From the NCBI GenBank assembly GCA_938023105.1, contig CALHDX010000110.1, positions 2,274 to 66,273 on the forward strand: a DNA stretch of 64,000 nt. The letters run 5' to 3'. Both the position numbers and the translations under genes were made by a program. Positions 49,639 to 58,260 of this stretch are shown here, one piece after another. Numbering within the stretch: position 1 is the first letter of the stretch; every line of letters begins with the position of its first letter. A model generated the notes under the pieces. It did no database searches and was not told where the DNA came from. It saw only the letters and a program-made list of their open reading frames with translations. Origin of the DNA: an uncultured Atopobium sp. (GTDB lineage Bacteria; Actinomycetota; Coriobacteriia; Coriobacteriales; Atopobiaceae).

Positions 49639-50318
49639 TTGCGCTCACCTTTACCCTCATTGTTTTCCCAGTAGCTTGCTATGCGTTCTTCTGGTGTGAG
49701 GTCATCAATAACCGCTCGCATCATCAAATCAAAGTCAGGGTCAGTCTCATAGATATAATCGAGCGTGCAATCCTTCTGCATGGCGGTCGCCGAGCGTTTA
49801 GCGAAGGCGTAGACCGCCATGACTGAAAACTTTTCTTCCCCGTATACGTAACAAGTAAGAGAGAGATTCTTTAAGGAATCTCTCTTACTATCTGTATTCT
49901 GATGTGTATCGGTTTTTGCTTGATTTTTGATACACCTCTGTATCGGTTTCCTATGGGTTTTTGATACACCCTGTATCGGTTTTTCGATACACCTCTCAGC
50001 AAACCACCAAAATGTTCTCAATGGCGTTTTGCCATCTGGCGTAGTGCCTACTGACACGATCAGTTCACGTTCTTCACAGTATTGAATAAATCGCTGTGCT
50101 GCTGGTACAGAACAATTACAAGCCTTAGCGATTGTGCGAACTCCAAGCCTAAAAGACGGAATATCTCCAATATCCCTGATTTGCGAGTAACAGAAGAGGA
50201 GCATGGTTGCCCTTGCTCCTCTTGTCTTATCACTGAAGTTTTCAATGATGCGTCCAAGATGGCACGCAGCTGTGATATCCAGCTTTGCCCATCCGAGACC
50301 ATCTGTGTAGTCAGCCAC
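49635..50318 (-). CDS. Replication initiator (wHTH) protein
   Basis: GVRTIAKAC HTH; internal iterons; upstream of helicase; GGAGG RBS before GTG. Confidence 0.7.
   Translation of the reverse strand: MADYTDGLGWAKLDITAACHLGRIIENFSDKTRGARATMLLFCYSQIRDIGDIPSFRLGVRTIAKACNCSVPAAQRFIQYCEERELIVSVGTTPDGKTPLRTFWWFAERCIEKPIQGVSKTHRKPIQRCIKNQAKTDTHQNTDSKRDSLKNLSLTCYVYGEEKFSVMAVYAFAKRSATAMQKDCTLDYIYETDPDFDLMMRAVIDDLTPEERIASYWENNEGKGERK
49860..49995. repeat. Putative phage replication origin (iterons plus inverted repeat)
   Basis: TGTATCGGTTT at 49905, 49939, 49972 alternating with GATACACC x3; AGAGAGATTC-TTTAAG-GAATCTCTCT palindrome. Confidence 0.75.
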
Positions 50319-50347
50319 GTGCCACCTCCTCTCTTACCTCATGGCTT

Positions 50348-50959
50348 CTAGAACGGAATATCCTCGTCTGCAAGTTCAACGGCAGGCGCAGGAGCGTCAA
50401 TGACTGCATTGTCTGCATTTGCACGTGCTTCTGCGACTCCGTCTGCTTCGTATGGCTCTGCGTATTTAGCATCAAAGTTGCCTTCTGCAGCGTCTTTGCC
50501 AGGAATAAATGCATTGACATCCACTGCTGTCTTGACCTTGCCCTCGCTGTTGACATAAGAGCGATGACGAATGACAACGCCCAAGAGCTTGCCAACAAGT
50601 GTCTGCTCTGCATCGTCCTTGTCCTCATAGACAAATGCTTTGACACCCTTGCCCTGGGCGGTATTCTCAACTGCTTCTGTGAGTGCCTTGTAACGCTGCA
50701 CGCCGTAGTTGTTGTCCTTGGAGAAATAGATACGGAAAGAGTGTCTCCAGTCGTTTGTGGTGTCTGCAAGATCTGCTGTGAAAAGAAATGACTTAGTCTC
50801 GCCGTTCCAGATGTCATAGACGAACTCAAGGTATGGCTTTTTCTCGTCTGTGTGGTCCTTAACACGTACAATTTTTGCAACATATCCGCCTGGCTCAAGC
50901 ATGGAAGAACCGCCACCGTTAGATGCAACTACCTTGTCAAAGTTACCGAATGCCTTCAT
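50348..50959 (-). CDS. Phage single-stranded DNA-binding protein
   Basis: LEPGGYV.KI start; acidic DEDIPF tip; next to Sak4-like gene. Confidence 0.72.
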   Translation of the reverse strand: MKAFGNFDKVVASNGGGSSMLEPGGYVAKIVRVKDHTDEKKPYLEFVYDIWNGETKSFLFTADLADTTNDWRHSFRIYFSKDNNYGVQRYKALTEAVENTAQGKGVKAFVYEDKDDAEQTLVGKLLGVVIRHRSYVNSEGKVKTAVDVNAFIPGKDAAEGNFDAKYAEPYEADGVAEARANADNAVIDAPAPAVELADEDIPF

Positions 50960-50999
50960 GATTTTTCTCCTTAAAATAGTGGATTAAATAAATAGGGGA

Positions 51000-51617
51000 T
51001 TAAGCGACTGTCTTCATATCCCAGTACGTACGAATAGCGCTGTCAACCTCTTTGAGGTCATTGTCAATTACCAGGTCATCAAACATTCCCATTGGGGATT
51101 TGGCAGGTGTAGAGCCGTCTGTCTGTGTGATGAAGTGATAGCCTGTATCATCGCGTTCAGTGATGAGTACGATTGGGAACATTCCCTCAATACAGAGCTG
51201 ATTGTCTAGCATTTTGCCAATGGTCTTAGGCTTTAGCCTTCCTGCATCGTCATAGTCAGGATGCATAAAAAAGTAAACGATTGTGTCATCGTTTGTGTTG
51301 TTGGCAGCTTCCAAGAGTTGCTCAAAGTCAACTGCCATTGATGTGAACTTGTCATAGCCCTTCTCATTAGCCTTGGCAAAGCTTTGGAATGCCATGAGGT
51401 AGTTCGCATCATCGACTACATACGCTTTAAGCTTGTTAGCCTTAAGCGATTGCTTCATTTGAGCGTACGTTGGATGGTCAACCTTGCTCATCTTGCCCCT
51501 GAAGGGGAGTGGCTTTCCTGCCACGTTAAAAATGCCAATCTCTCCAGGCTTAAAGTTTCTGAGACTCGTTGACTTACCTGTGCCAGAATGTCCTAGCACG
51601 AGTACTGATACTCCCAT
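51000..51617 (-). CDS. AAA ATPase, Sak4-like recombinase
   Basis: GHSGTGKST, VVDD, KTIGKMLD, AKSP.GMF. Confidence 0.78.
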   Translation of the reverse strand: MGVSVLVLGHSGTGKSTSLRNFKPGEIGIFNVAGKPLPFRGKMSKVDHPTYAQMKQSLKANKLKAYVVDDANYLMAFQSFAKANEKGYDKFTSMAVDFEQLLEAANNTNDDTIVYFFMHPDYDDAGRLKPKTIGKMLDNQLCIEGMFPIVLITERDDTGYHFITQTDGSTPAKSPMGMFDDLVIDNDLKEVDSAIRTYWDMKTVA

Positions 51618-51630
51618 GATCTACTCCTTT

Positions 51631-51987
51631 CTAAAACTTGTATTCCTTCTCCGGGTGACCCGCTTCGTGGTATTTGCCATGAAGCCCGTTTGCTCTGACG
51701 CACTCCATGAAGTCCTTCATATTTGACTCATAGACGCAGACATATTCGTGGTAGAACTCAACGTATTCTGTTCCAGGAGCTGTTGTGTGCTTCATGGTTG
51801 GCTTGCGCTGATAGAAGTCCCATGCGGTCGAGTGGACCGCATGGAATTGAGCTGGAGTGTACGTGTAGAGACCAAAACAGACCGAGTCAAAGTCGATGCG
51901 CCAGATTCTTATAAGACGCACATCTTCTGCATTGGGCTCAACGTACTTAGTCGGCTCTATTGGCTTCATTTGGCTCAGCTTTTTCAT
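51631..51987 (-). CDS. Hypothetical phage protein
   Basis: ORF in tightly packed early operon. Confidence 0.55.
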   Translation of the reverse strand: MKKLSQMKPIEPTKYVEPNAEDVRLIRIWRIDFDSVCFGLYTYTPAQFHAVHSTAWDFYQRKPTMKHTTAPGTEYVEFYHEYVCVYESNMKDFMECVRANGLHGKYHEAGHPEKEYKF

Positions 51988-52141
51988 CTAACGTAAAGCC
52001 AATGTTTGCTTCTTCCTTGGTTTGGTAATACCTAGACGCATGGTTGCAGTAAGGGCATCTAATGCGCCAACCATGCTCATCGTGCTCAAGGTCAAAGGCA
52101 GTGCTGCCCCAGCCTTCATTGAGACATCTTGGGCAAATCAT
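51947..52141 (-). CDS. Small zinc-ribbon (Lar-like) protein
   Basis: CPRC...CPYC...TKEEA. Confidence 0.55.
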   Translation of the reverse strand: MICPRCLNEGWGSTAFDLEHDEHGWRIRCPYCNHASRYYQTKEEANIGFTLDEKAEPNEANRAD

Positions 52142-52326
52142 TAGTACCGCTCCATATACACGCCTTTGAAGCGTCTCCACTCAAGAATCAAGCCAATAGC
52201 ATTCGCTTTTCTTGAGCCGTCATATCCGAGAGCGATGCCATCGTCCTTTGCGATTGCCTTGATTTCCTTCATCGTCATCTTTTCAAGACGCTCTCTGTCG
52301 GCTTGCTCTTTTGCCTTTGCGTCCAT
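52141..52326 (-). CDS. Small helix-extended-helix (Rho-N-like) protein
   Basis: LEKMTMKEIKAIAK..GI.....RK. Confidence 0.5.
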   Translation of the reverse strand: MDAKAKEQADRERLEKMTMKEIKAIAKDDGIALGYDGSRKANAIGLILEWRRFKGVYMERY

Positions 52327-53537
52327 TACTTCTCCTTCCTTACAAACCTGCTTGTGAGGATGAATGTGAGCGCAACCGTTCCAACTCCAGCTGCAACTGC
52401 AATGACTGCGTCATCTCCCGTTGCGGGTAGTGCTGCCTTCTTTGCCTTCTTTACCTTCTTGGCAGGTTTAGCTGGCTCAGGCTCAGGCTGTGGCTCCGGG
52501 TCAGACTCTTCTGGCGTAGGCTGTGGCTGTGGTCCTGGATTAGGCTCTGGCGTTGGTGTTGGCTCTGGAGTAACTGGAGTCTCTGGCTCAGTTGGACGAT
52601 TGTCGCCATTACCGTTGCCACCAGAATCCGCTGCTACGTAAGTCCAGACGCTTGACGCTTGCTTCTCAGCTGAATAGAGCGTAATGGAGTTCTTAATGCG
52701 TGGGTTCTTGGTTGTGCGGTAGATAAGGAAGTACTGCTCACCGTTTGCCATGGCATTGTGAAGGTTCAGAGTGAATGTAGAACCGTTGATAGTTGGCTCA
52801 TCAACCTGTACTGACTGCCAGCCATAAGAATCGTCGATTGCGCCGTACTCGTCCATGTGGACGCGGTAGAGCTTGAAAGAGCCAGGAACATAAGAACCAG
52901 CTTCAATGCTGTCTTCCAGGATGACATTGGTAAGGTTCATCTGGTTGACGTTAAGGCGTACCTTCCACTCGATTGTGTCAGCGTCTGTGTCAGCAACGCC
53001 CCACTTAGCAATAACCTCGCCTGTGAGAACGTTAGGACGCTCAGTGTGGATTGTGAAGCTTGCAACTTGACCAGTTGAGGTCTGAACGATTCTCAACTCT
53101 TCATGATCTAGTCCGTTATCTTCTCCAATCCACGTTGCAAGCCAGATAGAACCCTTGACGTTGTCCTTACCTTCAACGTAGTTGGTAAAGGTTACGTGGC
53201 ATGTCTGAGTGAGCGGGTTAATCTCTGCAACTGCGCAGACTTCTCCGTCTGGCGTGTATAAATTGAAGCTCGTGGCTGCGCTATCTGGGAAGCGCAGGAA
53301 GGTTGGGAGTTCAATGTCGAATGAATCGCCGTTGTGGAGCTCTTGCCCTGTTGCGTCCCAGTTGATGTTCATATAGAACTTTGAGTGCAAGCCTACTGAG
53401 TTGACTGGTTGCTTCTCAAGGTTGGTTACTTGAAAGCTTGTAAGCTGGACTGGTACCGTCTGCGCTTGTGCGAGAGCTGGCACGCATACCAGTACCGCAA
53501 AGACAGCAACAGCCAGCCACTGAAGAAGTTTCTTCAT
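52326..53537 (-). CDS. LPXTG-anchored surface protein with Ig-like/collagen-binding-like domains
   Basis: Signal peptide (AQA), GDSF..LP and IEWKVRLN domain motifs, PE/PT stalk, LPATG plus TM plus basic tail. Confidence 0.85.
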   Translation of the reverse strand: MKKLLQWLAVAVFAVLVCVPALAQAQTVPVQLTSFQVTNLEKQPVNSVGLHSKFYMNINWDATGQELHNGDSFDIELPTFLRFPDSAATSFNLYTPDGEVCAVAEINPLTQTCHVTFTNYVEGKDNVKGSIWLATWIGEDNGLDHEELRIVQTSTGQVASFTIHTERPNVLTGEVIAKWGVADTDADTIEWKVRLNVNQMNLTNVILEDSIEAGSYVPGSFKLYRVHMDEYGAIDDSYGWQSVQVDEPTINGSTFTLNLHNAMANGEQYFLIYRTTKNPRIKNSITLYSAEKQASSVWTYVAADSGGNGNGDNRPTEPETPVTPEPTPTPEPNPGPQPQPTPEESDPEPQPEPEPAKPAKKVKKAKKAALPATGDDAVIAVAAGVGTVALTFILTSRFVRKEK

Positions 53538-53592
53538 GGTTAAAGCCTTTCTATTTGGTTGTTGAAAATAGGGAATTAAAATAAATACTGAT

Positions 53593-53955
53593 TTATTGCA
53601 GTAAATCGTGTTTGCCCGCAATCATTGCTGCGAGTGTCTCCAGCGTCATTGTGACGTAAGTATCACCAAATGACTTCTCGCCAACTCCTTTGCGTTTGTG
53701 AACCACTATGCCGAACTCTGCGTCTGCGTTTCCTCGCTCAACCTCTGCTTCTTTGAGCCACTTTGGCAGTTCCATACGTGTACAGTTCTTGCATTCCACG
53801 ACCATGGGAAGACCGCGAAAAAAAACTCCAGCTATATCTCCTCTGTCGTGAATGCCAGCTGTGGTTCTGCGTTCAATGTCAGCTCCTAAGCGTGCGCTAA
53901 GATACTCTGCGACTTGACGCTCAAACGCTGTGCCTTTCTGTTTTTGTTTACTCAT
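53593..53955 (-). CDS. Holliday junction resolvase (PD-(D/E)xK)
   Basis: KGTAFER, GDI, VECK. Confidence 0.8.
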   Translation of the reverse strand: MSKQKQKGTAFERQVAEYLSARLGADIERRTTAGIHDRGDIAGVFFRGLPMVVECKNCTRMELPKWLKEAEVERGNADAEFGIVVHKRKGVGEKSFGDTYVTMTLETLAAMIAGKHDLLQ

Positions 53956-54392
53956 AGCAACCTCTTAAGAGCTTCTTCAACAGCGTTAAATGAGTAAGTA
54001 ATAATTGCGTTATTAGACAACGTGACAACATCTAACCCGCAGGAAATAGCTACCTCTTTCTCGAGTTTTGCTACTTTTGATTCGTAAGCATTTGGCAGCA
54101 TGACAATAGTGTCACACTTAACAAGTTCAGTGATGCAACGCTTCATTGCGGACTTATAGTCAACATTATCCGGAATGCGTGCTGCAGGATTATAGACCTC
54201 TGAAGCGTCCCCAAGAGTAATGAGCGTGTAAGCAAACCCAAACAAGCCTTTGTAATTAGCATTGCCTGTAATTTGTCCTGATAGATAAACCTTCTTCCCT
54301 TTGATTTTGTTGCCAAGGTCTTCACCACTGCTCAAGTACGCAAGTTGTGCATACTCTTTGATAATGCGAAGTATTTTCTCTGTGCTATTCAT
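53952..54392 (-). CDS. DUF4406 / nucleoside deoxyribosyltransferase-like protein
   Basis: VYLSGQITG, NPA, CDTIVMLP..ES..AKLE. Confidence 0.75.
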   Translation of the reverse strand: MNSTEKILRIIKEYAQLAYLSSGEDLGNKIKGKKVYLSGQITGNANYKGLFGFAYTLITLGDASEVYNPAARIPDNVDYKSAMKRCITELVKCDTIVMLPNAYESKVAKLEKEVAISCGLDVVTLSNNAIITYSFNAVEEALKRLL

Positions 54393-54762
54393 CGCGCACC
54401 ACCCTTGCACCGCAGAATGGGCAATAATCAGGTACAATGCCGCGCTCAAATCTGAACACAATATCGCAAGCGTGACAATGGCAAGCTACCGTATCTTCTG
54501 GCGTGTCTACAATAAGTTCCATATATTCATCTGTGTCATCGTCACCGTTCCCGTATTCACAACTCATGTGGCATGTAGGATCTATGAGGTCGGCTAGACG
54601 GTTAAACACATCACTGTAAGAATTGTTATCACGTATGCCAGCAGATTCTAAAAGCTCAAAAAGCGTTATACATGCTGTACCCGTAAGACTGCTCGGGGGT
54701 TCTTTGTCTAACCTCTCGCCAGTTTCACGCCACTTCTCCGCTATCTCTTCATGATTAGTCAT
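54385..54762 (-). CDS. Zinc-ribbon phage protein
   Basis: RLADLIDPTC, CHAC...YCPFCGARV. Confidence 0.65.
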   Translation of the reverse strand: MTNHEEIAEKWRETGERLDKEPPSSLTGTACITLFELLESAGIRDNNSYSDVFNRLADLIDPTCHMSCEYGNGDDDTDEYMELIVDTPEDTVACHCHACDIVFRFERGIVPDYCPFCGARVVRDE

Positions 54763-55255
54763 CGCTATCACCCGACATTTCGATTAAGTCGGTGAGCGTC
54801 CAAATCTTCTCAGATAGTTTCTCGCTAATATCTTCTTTGGCTAGAATGCACCTAATCTCGCTAACCAGCGATGCGATTGTTACTGGCTTTTTGTGGGTGA
54901 GGTTGTTCGCAGGTTCTTTTGTATACACGGGTTCTGCGCCAGCTGCCAAAATAACCTCTGTGCTATTACCGCGCATCATGTATCCAGCGACTTCATACTT
55001 CACATCATTATCGTCATCGTATAGCGTATCTCCGATGTGAATAACCTCGCCGTCTTTGTCTAGGGGTAGTTCAAGCATATTTGACGTATCACATAGACCG
55101 AGAATGACGCTGCATATTATGCAAAGGCTTTTGACATGTGACGTTTCGCTTGGCTTTTCTTCACCTGTGAGAGCCTTAAAGAGTGTTGAGCTGGTAATGT
55201 ACTCCGTGCTCTTCAACCTCTCAGCGATTGCTGCACGCTCTTTTTTAGTTAGCAT
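54755..55255 (-). CDS. Hypothetical phage protein
   Basis: LPLDKDGEVIHIGD motif; overlaps both neighbours. Confidence 0.6.
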   Translation of the reverse strand: MLTKKERAAIAERLKSTEYITSSTLFKALTGEEKPSETSHVKSLCIICSVILGLCDTSNMLELPLDKDGEVIHIGDTLYDDDNDVKYEVAGYMMRGNSTEVILAAGAEPVYTKEPANNLTHKKPVTIASLVSEIRCILAKEDISEKLSEKIWTLTDLIEMSGDSDD

Positions 55256-55946
55256 CGTTATCAGCTCCGTTAACCTTAATACCTGTGCAAATGAAGAATT
55301 TTTCCGCATCAAAATAAGGCATCGATGTGATTGCTGCCTTGCTATCGTCGCTTAGGCTCTCCCACCATGCTTGGCGATCGGCTTTCTCTAGGCACAAGAA
55401 CCCGCCGGTAGTCTCATGCTCCGGGTGTGCTGCCTTTTCGTCGTCTGTCATATACTCGCTATATTTCCAGGTAAGACAGTCTGACGGTATACTGCAAAGC
55501 AAGCCATGAGCTCGCGATTGTCGGAAATCACTAAAAGTGATGTCTGTTTGGTGGTCAAAGAGACGAACTGTAGGCTCGGTTGTATTACAGTAGCCGGAGT
55601 TCCAGTCGCCGGAGTTCCAGTAGCCGGAGTTCCAGTAGCCGGAGTTCCAGTCGCCGGAGTTACAGAGACTACTTATTTCATCAGCTGTTAGCTCACGCAA
55701 GATTTTAAGTTTGCGACCGACACTCTTATTTCCTTGCGTCTGTACTGCGCCAGTGACGCTAACTTCACAGATACGGCAAGGTTTACTGTAATAATCGTAA
55801 ACGTCAACGCACTTCTTGCAGAAATGGTAGCCGTTCTCGCATATCTTGATTTCGCCCTCGACTGTGTAGGTCTTTCCAACCTTATAAACGGTATCGTCGC
55901 CGTGTTGTGTCATCATATTCTGCAGAAATGCTTTATAGCCTTTCAT
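55245..55946 (-). CDS. Phage protein with NSG(D/Y)W pentapeptide repeats
   Basis: KGYK.F, C..GYHFC N-domain; five repeats; PEHETTGG.L C-domain. Confidence 0.75.
   Translation of the reverse strand: MKGYKAFLQNMMTQHGDDTVYKVGKTYTVEGEIKICENGYHFCKKCVDVYDYYSKPCRICEVSVTGAVQTQGNKSVGRKLKILRELTADEISSLCNSGDWNSGYWNSGYWNSGDWNSGYCNTTEPTVRLFDHQTDITFSDFRQSRAHGLLCSIPSDCLTWKYSEYMTDDEKAAHPEHETTGGFLCLEKADRQAWWESLSDDSKAAITSMPYFDAEKFFICTGIKVNGADNDAN
55591..55665. repeat. In-frame tandem repeat, 5 x 15 bp
   Basis: T(A/C)GCCGGAGTT(C/A)CAG x5. Confidence 0.95.
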
Positions 55947-56457
55947 TGCCACCATCTCCAAGAAGTCCGTAGATACGCTGTGGTAGCTGACCTTGGTAAG
56001 CGTCTGCTACCTTGTCAGCGTCAACTCTGAGTGTGGTACCAAGCCAGGACTCAGCACTCTCACGCTTAACCATCTCGCAACCACCGGGTAGCTCACCGTC
56101 TTGCGTTGCACACTCAAGCACCTTGTCTGGGTAAAGCGTGATAAGACGGGTCAAAGTGTCAATGCCAGAGTCTGATGTCATGATCCAATCAACAAACTCA
56201 GCAACACTCTTAACCTGTGGTACAACCTCAACCTTTGGCTTTGAAAGCCTGGCTGATACTGTGCCAACCTTCTTGCCATTGACTTTAAGGTCAAGCTTGG
56301 ATACTCCCATTTGTACATAGAGGTTCTTGAGCTCGTCATCAAGCTGTGTGCGCAGGTTGTCTGCTGCGTGTGCGTCAAGATGCTCCTTGACCTTCTTTTG
56401 GAGCGCCGTCAAGAATGCAACTCTCTCAACTAACAGCTCACGTTCTTCTTTGTTCAT
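55933..56457 (-). CDS. Hypothetical phage protein
   Basis: AAAGGA RBS; 174-aa ORF in early operon. Confidence 0.65.
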   Translation of the reverse strand: MNKEERELLVERVAFLTALQKKVKEHLDAHAADNLRTQLDDELKNLYVQMGVSKLDLKVNGKKVGTVSARLSKPKVEVVPQVKSVAEFVDWIMTSDSGIDTLTRLITLYPDKVLECATQDGELPGGCEMVKRESAESWLGTTLRVDADKVADAYQGQLPQRIYGLLGDGGNERL

Positions 56458-56470
56458 ATCAAATCCTTTC

Positions 56471-56818
56471 TTAGCTCACCGAGTCAGTAAGCCATCTATC
56501 CATTTCTTCGCAGGTAATCATGTATCCACGCTCTTGTCCTGCCGGCTTGATAAACTTGAGTGCTCCTGCCTTGTGTTCGGCTCTCAGCATTGAGCCTGGA
56601 ATACCAGAGTATTTAGAGGTCTGAGCAATCGTGTAAGCAAGCTGTGGCGGCAGTCCTGCAAGTACTGCTGCATTAAGTGAGCGAGAGCCGTTGACGGTTC
56701 CCGTCTTCTCTGCGAGCTCTCTTTGCGCTTCAGCAGAAGCGATCATGAACTTCTCAAAGAGCTTTGCGAGCACGCTCACGTCTGCGGTAATCTTTTTCTG
56801 CTTCGTTGATGTCATCAA
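56471..56818 (-). CDS. HTH DNA-binding protein, excisionase-like
   Basis: YTIAQTSKYSGI...I...EMDRW winged-HTH pattern. Confidence 0.65.
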   Translation of the reverse strand: MMTSTKQKKITADVSVLAKLFEKFMIASAEAQRELAEKTGTVNGSRSLNAAVLAGLPPQLAYTIAQTSKYSGIPGSMLRAEHKAGALKFIKPAGQERGYMITCEEMDRWLTDSVS

Positions 56819-56981
56819 TCCACCTCCAGACTGGGATAGTGATTGCTACATAGGGGAGAAGTCCAAAAACGCCACAAACTGAAAACGTGGCATAGATAAG
56901 AGCAAATAAGATGCCTGTCATGAGGGAGCAAATGTAAGCTCCAACGGCAATCTTCTTGATTTGAAGCGGTATACTCTTCAT
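56754..56981 (-). CDS. Small membrane protein
   Basis: GGAGG RBS; two hydrophobic segments. Confidence 0.55.
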   Translation of the reverse strand: MKSIPLQIKKIAVGAYICSLMTGILFALIYATFSVCGVFGLLPYVAITIPVWRWIDDINEAEKDYRRRERARKAL

Positions 56982-57305
56982 ATGTTCACCTCCGCGGTAA
57001 ACAGTGCCCTTGCATTGGTCGGACAATGTGAGGGCAAACTTTTTAGATTGGGTTTTGCATAGCAATAAAGCGTCTATGCACGCTCTTCACGCTTAGCGTG
57101 GCGGACTGTAAGGTCCTACATGGTTATCACTACGACCATGCAACGTTATCTGGCTACCATTAGCCATTCACTTTATTTCAACAGGTACTCACCAACTCAA
57201 AGCTAGAGCAAGTGTTGTTGTTTTCCCTGTAACGATTTACGTCTATTCGATTGAGAAGGTACATGGTGCGTGGGGAAGTACTTGGCTAGTGATACAAATG
57301 TTTGT

Positions 57306-57503
57306 TTAACTAACCTTTTGAGCTAAAAAAATATCGCTAATATCACAGTTCAAAAAATGGCACACAGCTTTTGCTTGTGCGAGACTCATTTCCTCTTGGT
57401 TTTCCTCATAACGTGCATATGTTTGACGAGTTACACCCAGTGCTTTAGCGATTGCGTTCTGTTTAACGCCTTTTTTGATGCGATATTCTTTTAGGGTTTT
57501 CAT
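57306..57503 (-). CDS. Cro-like XRE HTH regulator
   Basis: LKEYR...QNAIAKALGVTRQTYARYE; GGAGG RBS; divergent from repressor. Confidence 0.85.
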   Translation of the reverse strand: MKTLKEYRIKKGVKQNAIAKALGVTRQTYARYEENQEEMSLAQAKAVCHFLNCDISDIFLAQKVS

Positions 57504-57534
57504 TTGACCTCCTCTCTGTTTGTTTGCAAAACAT

Positions 57535-57563
57535 ATGTTAAATAGACAAACCTTGTTTGTCAA
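57535..57563 (-). promoter_or_regulatory. Lytic promoter with overlapping operator palindrome
   Basis: TTGACA-17 bp-TAACAT on the minus strand; GACAAAC-N3-GTTTGTC at 57545-57561. Confidence 0.75.
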
Positions 57564-57616
57564 CAAAAAACTACTAAAATATTTAGAAAATCAAACATAG
57601 TGAAAGGCAGAATGAC

Positions 57617-58255
57617 ATGTCTTTAGCACAAAATATTAAAAAGCTACGCCTAAATATGGGCTTAACGCAGGGAGAACTTGCTGAGAAAATTAATGTAACT
57701 AGGTCAACTGTTACTCAATGGGAAACGGGATGGACGCAGCCTAGAATGGGTGCTATTGAGAGGATGGCATCTGTATTTAATGTTTCTGTAAGTGACATTG
57801 TTAGTGAAGATGTGCCAGTTCTTTCTGGAGCAATGAAAGCAATCTCTAGTGGCGAATCATATCTACCTCTTATATCTCTAGGTAGGGTACATGCTGGAGT
57901 GCTTGCAGATGAAGAAGCATATGAAAAGACTGTAAATGTACCTTCTAATATTGCTAAAAACCATCCCAGCGCAATGGTACTAGAGGTGGAAGGTAATTGC
58001 ATGAATCGCGTTATTCCAGAAGGTTCCCATGTCCTCTTAGACCCAACAATCACGCCTTCCAATGGATCTATTGTTGTAGTGGAAACCGAAGGCTACCAAG
58101 CAATCATGAGACGTTGGTATAAAGGCAATAACTCTCTTATGCTCACTGCTGACAGTTATGAGGAGTTTGAGGACATTATCTTTACTGACGATGAGCATCC
58201 AATCAAGGTTGTTGGCGTTGTTGTGTGGTACCAAGCAGCTAGCGAGATGAGGTAA
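57617..58255 (+). CDS. CI-like repressor (XRE HTH plus S24 autopeptidase)
   Basis: LTQGELAE..VTRSTVTQWE; VHAG cleavage site; GNCM. Confidence 0.92.
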   Translation: MSLAQNIKKLRLNMGLTQGELAEKINVTRSTVTQWETGWTQPRMGAIERMASVFNVSVSDIVSEDVPVLSGAMKAISSGESYLPLISLGRVHAGVLADEEAYEKTVNVPSNIAKNHPSAMVLEVEGNCMNRVIPEGSHVLLDPTITPSNGSIVVVETEGYQAIMRRWYKGNNSLMLTADSYEEFEDIIFTDDEHPIKVVGVVVWYQAASEMR

Positions 58256-58260
58256 TAGTC

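Noticed and set aside
50311..50928. 205-aa same-strand alternative-frame ORF
   Set aside because: Overlaps the SSB-like gene, which has the RBS and the DIPF tip; no independent support.
55591..55665. Tandem repeats as a possible CRISPR mini-array
   Set aside because: 15-bp units are contiguous with no spacers, lie in frame inside a CDS, and no cas genes are present.
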